This document shows positions 1-9,245 of a stretch of 16,814 bases of DNA, piece by piece. Source of the DNA: Pseudomonadota bacterium (GTDB taxonomy: Bacteria; Bdellovibrionota; FAC87; UBA2466). Position numbers and translations under genes: made by a program. The stretch lies in the NCBI GenBank assembly GCA_043718025.1, contig JAYSWN010000004.1, forward strand, positions 1 through 16,814, given 5' to 3'. Each line of letters begins with the position of its first letter. Within the stretch, counting starts at the first letter, position 1. The notes beneath the pieces are model-generated. The model made no database searches, was not told the origin of the DNA, and saw only the letters and a program-made list of their open reading frames with translations.

Positions 1-2141
1 GCTGACTGCTCAAGCACTTTCTGACGCGCCTTGCCCTCCATTGCGGTGATTGCCGGGGCCGCCGCTGGCGACACCACCTTTGATATCCCGCGCGACAACT
101 TTCCGATCTGATGTACCGCATTTAGTTTGTTTACCGTTTTCGAATGCGTCGTGGTGCGGGCCGTTTCAGGATCATTCAAGTAAGCCAATGAATACGGCAG
201 GGGGGGATAATGAAATGATTTTAAAACGGCGTCGGCCACCTCATGCCGGGGGCACAACGGCCGCGTCTTTAAATCGAAGGCGGCGATCAAATTATAAATG
301 CCAAAGTCTTGTTCAGTCAGACTGGCGCGATTTTCGGCCTCGTTAAAGAACTCACCTTTAGTCCACTCCTTAACCGTGGAGCGAAGGCCGCAAATCATGT
401 CGCATGGACTGGCCGCCGACATCTTTTCGCCATCCAGAATTTTTTTTATTTCGGCATCCAAATTGGCCGCGATGGCCGGCGCGAAGAGGTCGCGGTGGGA
501 TTCCAAAGCCTCAACGCGTTCGACTAGACTTCGCAAGTCCGATTTGGCGGTGGGAGACAACAGGCTTTTTTGAATGAGCGGAAGATCGCTAGCCGTAAGT
601 CGGGGAAACAAAATCGTGGCGATCTGGTTGCGCAGGTGATCCTCGGGGCTAACTTCATAGGCATTGATTAGTTGCCTCTTTGCCTCATCGGTCAGTACGC
701 CAAACGTGCTGGCAAAGAGAATGACTTCGCATTCAATTCGATCGCGTTTCAAATCACGCTCTACCCGCTTAGAAACACACAACTCCCATTTAGCTCGCGC
801 GTCCGGCGTGCGGTTGAAATTTGCCTTAATGGTTTCAATTAGCGGGAGCGTGGATTCGGAATAATGGCAGGGGGGGACTTCAAGGGTAGCCGTATAGGCA
901 TCCGGGTAGAAATAATCGCCCCAGCAATCGGCGTCCTCGATAAAACTCACCGCGGCGGCCTCTTTTAAATCTGCGCTAGAAGGAAGAGCCAAACCCCGGG
1001 ACGCAAGCAGTGCGGAAAAAAACTTGGCCTTTTCGTTGCCTTTAAGCGTCTTTCCCAAATGCTGGGCAGTGGTTTTCACCATTTTAGACAGCGTTCCCGA
1101 CTTATCGTGCGCCGCCCACTCCACCCAGTCTTCAATGTTGTCGTCCGAGATTGGCTCCGGCTGGTTAGGCCGACTCCTAAAATCAACGATGGCGCTCACC
1201 AAATCCGCGGTGCGATCGCCGTTAAAAATGGGGATCAACTTTGCCGATGGAATCGCCCCGGTCGACCCGGCCCGTCGCTGAATGGCGCGGCGGGCTTTTT
1301 CAGCGAACTCCGGATCATTTTTACTCGCCCGTAACAGTGAATCTTCCGAACTACGATTCGCCGGAAGACGGTCGAACGCAGAAAAATGCTGAAGCATCAG
1401 CTTTTTAATGTCGTCATCCTGGCCAAAGTGCTTCAGCAAAAGCTCAAAGGCGGTCAAATCTGGCACACGTTCCAAGAGAAGGGCCCTTAGGCGTTTTTTT
1501 TCGTCGCCGTTCAAGTGGTCGAACTCAAAAGTTTCGCGAATTGAAAAATCAAGCAGGTTGAATTCATTTTTCTCGAGCCGTCTCAACTGATCCCGCGATT
1601 CAATCCCGGGGTCTTTCTGCCGCAAAATCGGCATTGCGAAAATGCGCTCGTAAACAGAAATCGCCGGATTGGCGTAATACTCTTCGGCAAGCTTTTGCAC
1701 CGCGGGGGTAATGGCGGAAGGGGCAATATTTGCCAACGCGATCAGCGCCTTTTCTCGCGCGGTCCCGCTACCCGTTTTTGCAAGGTTGAAAAGCGCGGTG
1801 ACCAGCTTATTGCTTCCGTCTTTGGCAATCGCCCACGCCATCGTGGCGCCAAGCTGACGGGTGGCAATGTCATTCGACTCCAGCTGCTGAATAACCCAGC
1901 TCTCCACCGCCTCCGAACGCGCAATAAAACCTCGATCGAGCAAATCAAGCTTGGTTAACCGCAATGATCCGGTCGCCGCCTGCTGAGCCAGCATTTCGTG
2001 CAGCTCGGCCCTGAGGGGCAAACTTAGTTCCCCGTTAAACTTCAACAACTGGTTCACGGCGGCCCGCGAAAGCTGAATCGACTCTTCCGCAAAGAGCAGC
2101 CCGCCGACTAAACTCAAAGCAACGATGATAAGTTTTTTCAT
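1..2141 (-). CDS. Large secreted hypothetical protein, alpha-helical with HEAT/ARM-like segments; 3' end lies beyond the window start (at least 713 aa)
   Basis: Manual translation from the ATG at 2141 is open with no stop down to position 1. The N-terminus MKKLIIVALSLVGGLLFA|EES is a typical Sec signal peptide. VESWVIQQLESNDIATRQLGATMAWAI and LVTALFNLAKTGSGTAREKALIALANI resemble HEAT helix pairs. Confidence 0.85.
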   Translation of the reverse strand, partial: MKKLIIVALSLVGGLLFAEESIQLSRAAVNQLLKFNGELSLPLRAELHEMLAQQAATGSLRLTKLDLLDRGFIARSEAVESWVIQQLESNDIATRQLGATMAWAIAKDGSNKLVTALFNLAKTGSGTAREKALIALANIAPSAITPAVQKLAEEYYANPAISVYERIFAMPILRQKDPGIESRDQLRRLEKNEFNLLDFSIRETFEFDHLNGDEKKRLRALLLERVPDLTAFELLLKHFGQDDDIKKLMLQHFSAFDRLPANRSSEDSLLRASKNDPEFAEKARRAIQRRAGSTGAIPSAKLIPIFNGDRTADLVSAIVDFRSRPNQPEPISDDNIEDWVEWAAHDKSGTLSKMVKTTAQHLGKTLKGNEKAKFFSALLASRGLALPSSADLKEAAAVSFIEDADCWGDYFYPDAYTATLEVPPCHYSESTLPLIETIKANFNRTPDARAKWELCVSKRVERDLKRDRIECEVILFASTFGVLTDEAKRQLINAYEVSPEDHLRNQIATILFPRLTASDLPLIQKSLLSPTAKSDLRSLVERVEALESHRDLFAPAIAANLDAEIKKILDGEKMSAASPCDMICGLRSTVKEWTKGEFFNEAENRASLTEQDFGIYNLIAAFDLKTRPLCPRHEVADAVLKSFHYPPLPYSLAYLNDPETARTTTHSKTVNKLNAVHQIGKLSRGISKVVSPAAAPAITAMEGKARQKVLEQS

Positions 2142-2150
2142 GACGTTTTC

Positions 2151-2156
2151 ATTATA
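2151..2156 (-). promoter_or_regulatory. Candidate sigma70 -10 box (TATAAT) for the large secreted protein gene
   Basis: Perfect TATAAT on the minus strand, 9 nt upstream of ATG 2141. No SD in between and no convincing -35. Confidence 0.5.
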
Positions 2157-2251
2157 CGCGGTCGTAATTAGAAAAACCGCCCGCCGTCCTGCGCTGGAGA
2201 GCCGCTAAATCCCAGCCTGTTAACGCTATTCATTTGCCTCACAAAAATGTT

Positions 2252-2280
2252 TTGACGGCCCCTCGCCCCTTCTCGATGAT
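2252..2280 (+). promoter_or_regulatory. Candidate sigma70 promoter of aceBA: TTGACG-N17-GATGAT
   Basis: TTGACG at 2252-2257, a 17-nt spacer, GATGAT at 2275-2280, then 6 nt to the GTG at 2287. Confidence 0.55.
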
Positions 2281-2286
2281 GCGGCG

Positions 2287-3873
2287 GTGGAGGACCTCGT
2301 TGTGCCCGCCCAAGAAATACTCACCCCCGCTGCCGCTCAGTTCGTAACCGACCTCCAGACCAGGTTTGGAGAGCAGCGCGTTGCGCTGCTTGGCGCCCGG
2401 GTGGCCAGGCAACGAGAGCTTGATTCAGGGGTGTTTCCTGATTTTCTCACCTCAACCCAAAACGTGCGCTCAGCGGCTTGGAGAGTAGCCCCCTTGCCGG
2501 CCGACCTTCAAGATCGACGCGTGGAGATCACCGGCCCCGTTGATCGCAAGATGGTGATCAACGCCCTGAACTCTGGCGCCCAAGTTTTTATGGCGGATTT
2601 CGAAGACTCGCATTCACCAACCTGGAGCGGCACGCTTGCCGGGCAAATCAATCTGCGCGACGCCATTCGAAAAACCATTTCGTTCGAAAACGCAGACGGC
2701 AAATCGTATCGCCTTAATGCCAAAACGGCCGTGCTCTTTGTGCGCCCACGTGGCTGGCACCTGGAAGAAAAGCATTTTTTGGTAAACGGCAAACCGGTCT
2801 CCGCCAGCTTGTTTGATTTTGGCCTCTTCTTTTTTCACAACGTGAAAGCCCTACTAGAACGAGGCACCGGCCCCTATTTCTATTTGCCCAAGTTAGAGAG
2901 TCATCTCGAAGCGCGATTGTGGAACGATGTTTTTGTTTACGCGCAGACCGCCTTGGGAATTGCCCAGGGCACCATCAAAGCGACGGTGCTCATCGAAACT
3001 ATTTTAGCGGCCTTCGAGATGGACGAGATTCTTTACGAACTTAAAGAGCATTCGGCGGGCCTTAACTGCGGCCGGTGGGACTATATTTTCAGCTTCATCA
3101 AAAAATTGAGTGCCCACCCTGATTTTGTACTCCCCGATCGCGCTAAGGTGACGATGCGTGAGCACTTCCTAAATTCGTACTGTCGGCGGCTGATCGAAAC
3201 CTGCCACAAACGCGAAGTGCATGCGATGGGCGGCATGGCCGCCCAGATTCCGATCAAAAATGATGCGCGCGCCAATGAAGAGGCGCTGGCTAAGGTTACC
3301 GCCGATAAAGAGCGTGAAGTCGATTTGGGGCATGACGGCACTTGGGTGGCGCATCCAGCCTTGGTGCCCATCGCCCGCGCCGTATTTGACGCTAGAATGA
3401 AAACACCTAATCAGATTGCGCTCAAAAAAACGCCCAGCCACATCACGGCCAAAGATTTACTTACCGTGCCGCAAGCCGAGATCAGCGAAGCCGGTTTAGT
3501 GAATAACATCAGCGTGGGACTGCAATACATAGAAGCCTGGCTCGGCGGCAATGGCTGCGTACCGCTTTATCATTTGATGGAAGACGCCGCGACGGCCGAA
3601 ATTTCGCGCGCCCAGATTTGGCAATGGATTCGCCACCCCAAGGGCAGACTGAGTGACGGTAGAAAAGTTACCGTGGAGCTATTCCGCAAACTTCTCGCGG
3701 CCGAAAAGACCCGAATCGTAGGGGAACGTGGATCATCGGCCCAACTTGAAGCGGCGTACGCGCTGTTCGACAAACTCGTCACCACCACCGAGTTCACCGA
3801 ATTTTTGACCCTGGCCGCCTACAACCAAATTACCGAACCTTTAAATACTACTGAGGAAAAAGCCCATGCGTGA
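2287..3873 (+). CDS. aceB: Malate synthase A
   Basis: 528 aa with [23 protein letters not shown] (catalytic Arg), [39 protein letters not shown] and [12 protein letters not shown] (catalytic Asp). The start may be GTG 2287 or GTG 2302. Confidence 0.97.
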   Translation: MEDLVVPAQEILTPAAAQFVTDLQTRFGEQRVALLGARVARQRELDSGVFPDFLTSTQNVRSAAWRVAPLPADLQDRRVEITGPVDRKMVINALNSGAQVFMADFEDSHSPTWSGTLAGQINLRDAIRKTISFENADGKSYRLNAKTAVLFVRPRGWHLEEKHFLVNGKPVSASLFDFGLFFFHNVKALLERGTGPYFYLPKLESHLEARLWNDVFVYAQTALGIAQGTIKATVLIETILAAFEMDEILYELKEHSAGLNCGRWDYIFSFIKKLSAHPDFVLPDRAKVTMREHFLNSYCRRLIETCHKREVHAMGGMAAQIPIKNDARANEEALAKVTADKEREVDLGHDGTWVAHPALVPIARAVFDARMKTPNQIALKKTPSHITAKDLLTVPQAEISEAGLVNNISVGLQYIEAWLGGNGCVPLYHLMEDAATAEISRAQIWQWIRHPKGRLSDGRKVTVELFRKLLAAEKTRIVGERGSSAQLEAAYALFDKLVTTTEFTEFLTLAAYNQITEPLNTTEEKAHA

Positions 3874-5146
3874 GTTCCCATCCGTCTCTGAACTAGAAAA
3901 ATCATGGAAAACTGAAGAGCGTTGGAACGGGATCACCCGCCCCTACTCGGCCGAAGAGGTTGCCAAATTGCGCGGCTCAGTTCGCGTCAGCCACACCTTT
4001 GCCGAGCGCGGCGCAACAAAACTGTGGAAGAGTCTGCACGAAGAAAAAGTGGTAGCCGCCCTGGGAGCGCTCACCGGCAATCAGGCGGTACAGCAGGTGC
4101 AAGCGGGACTGAAAGCCATCTACTTAAGCGGCTGGCAAGTGGCGGCCGACGCTAACGGCGCTTTGCAAACTTACCCCGACCAGAGTTTGTACCCCTCCGA
4201 TAGCGTGCCCAACGTGGTTCGCCGTATTAACAATGCCTTTCAACGGGCCGACCAAATTCAGCAGTCCGAAAAGAAGGGCTCGGTAGACTGGTACGCGCCC
4301 ATCGTTGCCGACGCCGAAGCCGGCTTAGGCGGAAACCTGAATGCCTTTGAACTCATGAAGATGATGATTCAAGCCGGCGCGGCCGGGGTGCATTTCGAAG
4401 ATCAGCTCTCGTCCGCCAAAAAATGCGGCCACATGGGCGGTAAAGTGCTCGTGCCCACGCAGGAGGCGATTCAAAAATTGGTGGCCGCCCGACTGGCCGC
4501 CGATCTACTCGACGTGCCTACCTTGTTGGTAGCCCGCACCGACGCCAACGGCGCCCAGCTGATTACCAGCGACATTGACCCCACCGATCGCCAATTTCTA
4601 ACCGGGGATCGTACGGTAGAAGGTTTTTTCACCATGAAGGGCGGAATCAACGCCGCCATTCACCGTGGTTTAGCCTACGCCCCGATTGCCGATCTGATCT
4701 GGTGCGAGACTTCCGAGCCCAACCTCAAAGAGGCTAAGCAATTCGCCACGGCCATTCACGCCAAGTTTCCGGGTAAGCTCATGGCCTATAACTGTTCGCC
4801 GTCGTTTAACTGGAAAAAGAAACTCGACGACCCCACGATCGCCAATTTCCGCAATGAGTTGGCCATGATGGGCTATAAATTTCAGTTCATCACCCTGGCG
4901 GGTTTTCACCAAATCAACTTCGGTATGTTCAACTTGGCGTCCGACTACCGAGATCGTGGCATGTCGGCTTACGCTGAGTTTCAGGCCGAGGAGTTCAAAG
5001 CCGAGACCGCTGGCTATCAGGCCACCGCCCATCAGCGCTTCGTGGGTACCGGCTACTTCGACCAGCTGGCTCAGGTAATTGCCGGCGGCAACCTTTCGAC
5101 TCAGGCGCTTAAAGGCTCCACCGAAGAGGAGCAATTTACCCACTAA
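3866..5146 (+). CDS. aceA: Isocitrate lyase (short, bacterial type)
   Basis: 426 aa with the KKCGH active-site motif, [28 protein letters not shown] and [12 protein letters not shown]. Overlaps the aceB stop by 8 nt; GAGG at 3853-3856. Confidence 0.97.
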   Translation: MREFPSVSELEKSWKTEERWNGITRPYSAEEVAKLRGSVRVSHTFAERGATKLWKSLHEEKVVAALGALTGNQAVQQVQAGLKAIYLSGWQVAADANGALQTYPDQSLYPSDSVPNVVRRINNAFQRADQIQQSEKKGSVDWYAPIVADAEAGLGGNLNAFELMKMMIQAGAAGVHFEDQLSSAKKCGHMGGKVLVPTQEAIQKLVAARLAADLLDVPTLLVARTDANGAQLITSDIDPTDRQFLTGDRTVEGFFTMKGGINAAIHRGLAYAPIADLIWCETSEPNLKEAKQFATAIHAKFPGKLMAYNCSPSFNWKKKLDDPTIANFRNELAMMGYKFQFITLAGFHQINFGMFNLASDYRDRGMSAYAEFQAEEFKAETAGYQATAHQRFVGTGYFDQLAQVIAGGNLSTQALKGSTEEEQFTH

Positions 5147-5178
5147 GCGTACGGATTCGGCGACGTAAAAAAATTTCC

Positions 5179-5223
5179 CCTCGATGGGATTCCTCAAGTA
5201 GAACTATTCCATCGAGGTTTTTT
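5179..5223 (+). terminator. Intrinsic-terminator-like hairpin after aceA that also contains the next gene's SD
   Basis: CCTCGATGGGAT (5179-5190) pairs with ATTCCATCGAGG (5206-5217) as a 12-bp stem with one G-U pair and a 15-nt loop, followed by TTTTTT (5218-5223). Confidence 0.6.
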
Positions 5224-6984
5224 ATGGCGAGTGAGATCTCCTACAGCGACGGTAAAACGATTGAAGCAGAAATTGGCGCGGCACTCAATGCCGCAGCCGA
5301 TACCAGTTCGCTTAGCCGGGTGGCGCAAAATCGCTTTGGCGAGTGGCCTTTCCGCTACCACCTTTCGCCCGAGCGCGGCAACTTACTAAGGCCATTCAAT
5401 TTTTCGGGTTTAGACGTAGTGGAGTTTGGCTGTGGACTGGGCGCCGTATCGCGCGGCGTGGCCGAACGGTGTGAGTTTTTATATCTCATTGAAGGCACCC
5501 AAAGTCGGTTTGATGCCGCTAAAGCCCGCCTTCGCGACCTCGAAAACTGGGACGGCACGGTGGCCAATTTTGCCGACGCCATCCCTCCCCGTCAGTTCGA
5601 CGTGGCCCTTTCAGTCGGAGTGCTGGAGTACGCTGAGCTTTATTTAAAACCGCCCCCTGATTTTAAAGGCGATGCCTTTGCTTACGGCGTTAGCCTCATG
5701 CGACGCTGGCTAAAACCGGATGGCGTGCTGATCATCGCCATTGAAAACCGGCTGGGGCTTAAGTACTGGGCGGGTGCCGGCGAAGACCATACGGGTTTCC
5801 GTTTTGATGGCCTCTCGGGCTACCCCGAGGCCGCCTCGCCAAAAACCTTTTCGCGCAAGGAGCTAAACCAACGCCTAAAAAATGCCGAGCTGGCGGTGGT
5901 AGACGAATACTTTCCGTTTCCGGACTATAAAATGCCGCACGCGGTGATTCGTGAATCCCTCGCCGAAAAATTTCCCGAAAGTGCGGCCTCATTGGCTTCT
6001 GCTCGCCCTTTCGAAGATTATCACCACGAAAAACGCACCGTTCTTAGCGAACCCCTGGCGCTTCGTGAGCTGACCAAGGCCGGCCTTTTTGGCGATTTTT
6101 CGAATTCATTTCTGTTCGTGGCAACGGCGGACGAAAACTCGGCCACCCGCTTGAAACTGACCGAAGGGCACGAAGACGTCATGGCCTGGCATTACACCGT
6201 AATGCGCAGCCGTCCCACTCAAACGCTGTTTTTATCGCCGGGCCGAGTCGAAAAACAGGAAATTTCGGAGTCGGTGAATAAAAGCAAATACCGCACCGTC
6301 CGTTGGTTTTCGTTGCAAGAGCCGCTGGCCCGCGACGGCTTTTTGCGCTTCTCCCTGCTATCGCTCGCCTTCTTCGGCGAGAAAGAAAAATTGTTAAGGC
6401 TGTGGAAAAATTTTGCCCAAACCACATTCACCAAATTTGATAATGCAAAAGACGCTCAACGCTCTTTACAAGGTTCGGCGATCGACGCTTTGATTAGCAA
6501 TGCGCTGTTCGATAAGCAGAGCGCTACCTTTTCTTACTTTGATCAAGAGTGGAAAGCGCTCGCCCCGATGAACCGCAGCTGGTGGATCTTAAGAAACGCT
6601 CTCTGCCTAGGTACCGACGCGGCCACCCTTTCGGGCGCAGGCTTTAGCTCGTTAACCGACATCTATTACGAATTTTGTGAAACGCTCGGCATTCCAGCGC
6701 AACTTGACCACGACTTAAGTCAAGAAACCGCCCTACAGACCGACGTGACCGGACTAGATGGCCTATGGGTGCGCAAAGGAATTGAAGAGGTTCTCCAGCG
6801 CCCGTTTCCGAAATTCGACTGGCGCGAAGGAGCAGCGAAGGGCCCGTCGATTAAGCAAAGCGCCAAGGAGCTGGGCACCGCCCTCAAGCTTCGCGCGGAG
6901 CGTGAGATGCAAAAATTTGCTTCACCTTTTCGGCCAATCTTAGCGGCGACACGCGGACCGCGCGACGTAGACTCAAACGCATAG
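5224..6984 (+). CDS. Class I SAM-dependent methyltransferase of the glycan-cluster type, with a C-terminal kinase-like domain
   Basis: 586 aa. SAM motif I VVEFGCGLGA, FDVALSVGVLEY and LKPDGVLIIAIENRLGLKYWAG. The C-terminal half has VEK, DALISN and FDQEW motifs. GAGG lies 6 nt before the ATG. Confidence 0.8.
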   Translation: MASEISYSDGKTIEAEIGAALNAAADTSSLSRVAQNRFGEWPFRYHLSPERGNLLRPFNFSGLDVVEFGCGLGAVSRGVAERCEFLYLIEGTQSRFDAAKARLRDLENWDGTVANFADAIPPRQFDVALSVGVLEYAELYLKPPPDFKGDAFAYGVSLMRRWLKPDGVLIIAIENRLGLKYWAGAGEDHTGFRFDGLSGYPEAASPKTFSRKELNQRLKNAELAVVDEYFPFPDYKMPHAVIRESLAEKFPESAASLASARPFEDYHHEKRTVLSEPLALRELTKAGLFGDFSNSFLFVATADENSATRLKLTEGHEDVMAWHYTVMRSRPTQTLFLSPGRVEKQEISESVNKSKYRTVRWFSLQEPLARDGFLRFSLLSLAFFGEKEKLLRLWKNFAQTTFTKFDNAKDAQRSLQGSAIDALISNALFDKQSATFSYFDQEWKALAPMNRSWWILRNALCLGTDAATLSGAGFSSLTDIYYEFCETLGIPAQLDHDLSQETALQTDVTGLDGLWVRKGIEEVLQRPFPKFDWREGAAKGPSIKQSAKELGTALKLRAEREMQKFASPFRPILAATRGPRDVDSNA

Positions 6985-7750
6985 GATCGAAAAGGGGAAT
7001 GCCCTTTTCCAACGCCCGCAAGCTAAGGGTATGCTCGCAGAGAATGCACCGGGCTTTGGCTTGCATGCGACCCCGCGACGCTTGAGTCAACGGCTCCTTA
7101 GAGTGCCAACTTTCTTTAAACACGCCACCATCGGATGCCTTCCGAAAAAGCCACGTCTCGATAAACTCTTTATAATTAGCGCTAAGCGGAGCCCCCGCGC
7201 TAAAAAACTTACCCTTCGGCAAAAATAACTCTGAGTTCGAATTGTTCAACGAAAAAGGCAGAAGAGATTGTAGCGTCTTCAGCTTTGCGACCACTAAGCT
7301 GGTTCGCACCCATCTTTGAAAAGGTCGCCCCTCCCACGCCACCATCTCGGGAAAACTATCCACATGACCGACCAGCGCATTTAAGGCCAAACCAGCCCGC
7401 ACGCGCGAAAAGGTAAAGTCTTCAAGAAACCCATCGCCGCCGTATGACGATAAGAAGGTGTCGTTGGTAAGAATCACCGTAGCGTCTGGCGCCAATCGGT
7501 AGGTGCGTTGCAGCCAGGCCAACCCTTTTTCGTATCCGCTGAACTCACGCTCGCGGTTGTCGCCAGAGACTAACGTAGTGGTATCGTCTAATTGCTGCTC
7601 GATGTCGGCCGCCATCGCGTTATCGACAATAACCGAGCGAGTTTCGCTCAATGGAAACCAGCGTCGGGCTAGGCGTTTGGCGCTAACCAGAGGAGCCTCA
7701 CCCTTAGCGGTGCCGTAGCGCAAGTAAACCAGGTACACTTCACCCCACAT
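6884..7750 (-). CDS. Putative glycosyltransferase, RgpF (rhamnan synthesis protein F)-like
   Basis: VIVDN, GDNREREFSGYEKG and VILTNDT resemble the RgpF-type N-x-G-x-D-F-G...NDS pattern. Start reassigned from 7852 to ATG 7750 (GGAG 7 nt upstream; 11-nt overlap with the upstream gene), giving 288 aa. The CDS is secure; the family call is tentative. Confidence 0.6.
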   Translation of the reverse strand: MWGEVYLVYLRYGTAKGEAPLVSAKRLARRWFPLSETRSVIVDNAMAADIEQQLDDTTTLVSGDNREREFSGYEKGLAWLQRTYRLAPDATVILTNDTFLSSYGGDGFLEDFTFSRVRAGLALNALVGHVDSFPEMVAWEGRPFQRWVRTSLVVAKLKTLQSLLPFSLNNSNSELFLPKGKFFSAGAPLSANYKEFIETWLFRKASDGGVFKESWHSKEPLTQASRGRMQAKARCILCEHTLSLRALEKGIPLFDPMRLSLRRAVRVSPLRLAEKVKQIFASHAPREA

Positions 7751-9245
7751 AGATCGACTCCAGCTCACGAAGGTAAGCCTTCCATCTAAAATTTTTCTCG
7801 GCCAATTCACGGGCTTTGAACCGCATCGACTCGTAAAGCGTCTTGTCTTCAAGCAGGCGAATGACCCGCTCGGCGAACTCGCCAGGCGAGTCGGCCAAAA
7901 GAATGGATTCGTTGGCCACGTAGGGTAGGCCTAACGCGCCAATTGAGGTGGTAACCGTGGGCCGCCCGACCGCCGAATACTGATTCACTTTGGTACGAAT
8001 ACCGGAGCCAGAAACTAACGGCGCCAAGCCAATTCGGACCGAGGCAATTTCGGTGACCAGATCATCAAAAGTTCCTCGGTACTCGACTTGCGGCACGTCT
8101 TTGATCATCGCGGCAATCTTTTCGCCCGCGCCCCGGCCCGAAATAATGAGACGGTAGTCAGGTAAGCGTCGGCATACCCGCGCGTGAACTTCGGTTAAGT
8201 ACCATTGCAAAGACTCTATATTCGGGGTGTGACCGAAAAATCCCAAAAACAAAGCGTCTTGATTGAGCGGCGCCGCGGTATTGGGGTCAAGCCTCTGCCA
8301 CAAGTGCTCTTCCGATAAACAGGCGGGAATGGTTTTGCCCAACTCGCGCTTAAAAACGTGGGCCACAAATTCAGCGTCCTGCCCAATCACCGAAATAGTT
8401 TCGTCCGCCAAACTGCTGGCGAGTGCTTCCAACCTAAAGCTGACCATTAAGTTGTAGAGATTTCTTGCTAGTAGCGGCGGTGGCGATTGGGTTTCTCGCA
8501 CGAGGGAGATGGCATCTCGTCGCGTGCAACATTCTACGAACTGAAACACCAAACGGCGCCCGTAGGGACGGGCTTGCGTCATCAGTTCAGCTGACTCCGG
8601 CCACAGAAAGTGAATAGCGTCGTACGATTCAAAGGCGCGAGCGCTAACCCATGACTCAAACCCATCAACAAAATTTGCCCCACCCGTAATGATCTTCAGC
8701 GCCTTAACTGACTTCAATTTCGCGAAATCAGGTGTACCGTCTTGAGTTTCATTATGAAGGCAATAAAGCGAGACTTCATGCTCGGCGGCCAAAAGCTCAA
8801 TCAAATCTAAAAGCATCAGCCCGCCGCCATGAAATTCGGAAGGATAGGCGGCCGAGACGAAAAGGATTTTTAGTTTTCTGGCCTTCTTTGACGTGGAGCG
8901 GGTAGGCGTAGATGGCGTTGCCCTCACGCTTGGTATGGCGGATGATGCTAAAAGACTCTCTGCTCCCCCCCCAAGCCACCTCGCCATTTCAAAATAGGAA
9001 AATGGCCCCACTCCCCGTCCCCGCAAACAAGCTTCAAATAGGGCATCCAGATTAGCCAGGGCCGGCGTCGAAAACTCGATCGGCAGCCGTGCGAGTAGAG
9101 CGCGAAGCCGCTGTTTGGCCTGTGGCGCGAACAAAAATCGCGAGGCCAAACGATTTCCCTGGGCCACCACCCGCTGCACCGGTTTAGAAAAAAACAGGGG
9201 CCTAATCTGTAATCGCACCTGCGCTTTAATTTTTTCGACCGTCAT
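7740..9245 (-). CDS. GT-B fold glycosyltransferase, family 4
   Basis: LKILFVSAAYP...GGG, FLGFFGHTPN, APLVSGSGIRTKV, GRPTVTTSIG, ILLADSPGEFAERVIRLL and FRW near the C-terminus. Start reassigned to ATG 9245 (ATGA overlap with the upstream stop), giving 501 aa with a basic N-terminal extension. Confidence 0.85.
   Translation of the reverse strand: MTVEKIKAQVRLQIRPLFFSKPVQRVVAQGNRLASRFLFAPQAKQRLRALLARLPIEFSTPALANLDALFEACLRGRGVGPFSYFEMARWLGGGAESLLASSAIPSVRATPSTPTRSTSKKARKLKILFVSAAYPSEFHGGGLMLLDLIELLAAEHEVSLYCLHNETQDGTPDFAKLKSVKALKIITGGANFVDGFESWVSARAFESYDAIHFLWPESAELMTQARPYGRRLVFQFVECCTRRDAISLVRETQSPPPLLARNLYNLMVSFRLEALASSLADETISVIGQDAEFVAHVFKRELGKTIPACLSEEHLWQRLDPNTAAPLNQDALFLGFFGHTPNIESLQWYLTEVHARVCRRLPDYRLIISGRGAGEKIAAMIKDVPQVEYRGTFDDLVTEIASVRIGLAPLVSGSGIRTKVNQYSAVGRPTVTTSIGALGLPYVANESILLADSPGEFAERVIRLLEDKTLYESMRFKARELAEKNFRWKAYLRELESIYVG

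Noticed and set aside
196..877. GGCAGGGGGGGA occurs twice (196-207 and 866-877), with G7 tracts as possible phase-variation sites
   Set aside because: G7 is short, both tracts encode Pro-Pro in an intact frame, and the flanking sequence is not repeated.
50..1958. Plus-strand short ORFs (50-346, 298-573, 309-527, 664-864, 1024-1281, 1059-1334, 1408-1590, 1695-1958)
   Set aside because: All are antisense shadows of the long minus-strand CDS and have no recognisable motifs.
2138..2152. Minus-strand mini-ORF MKTS* overlapping the ATG at 2141
   Set aside because: Its ATG lies within the TATAAT box, so it would not be on the transcript if that promoter is real.
2508..5197. Antisense and alternate-frame ORFs within aceB/aceA, including 4670-5197 (175 aa)
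   Set aside because: They are shadow ORFs of highly conserved enzymes with no independent signals.
7751..7852. Longer N-terminus of the RgpF-like ORF given by the track (likewise 9246-9323 for GT4 and 12515-12553 for wzm)
   Set aside because: The first two would overlap the upstream gene deeply and the third starts in a promoter-like hexamer. Better SD-supported, coupled or family-consistent starts exist at 7750, 9245 and 12514.
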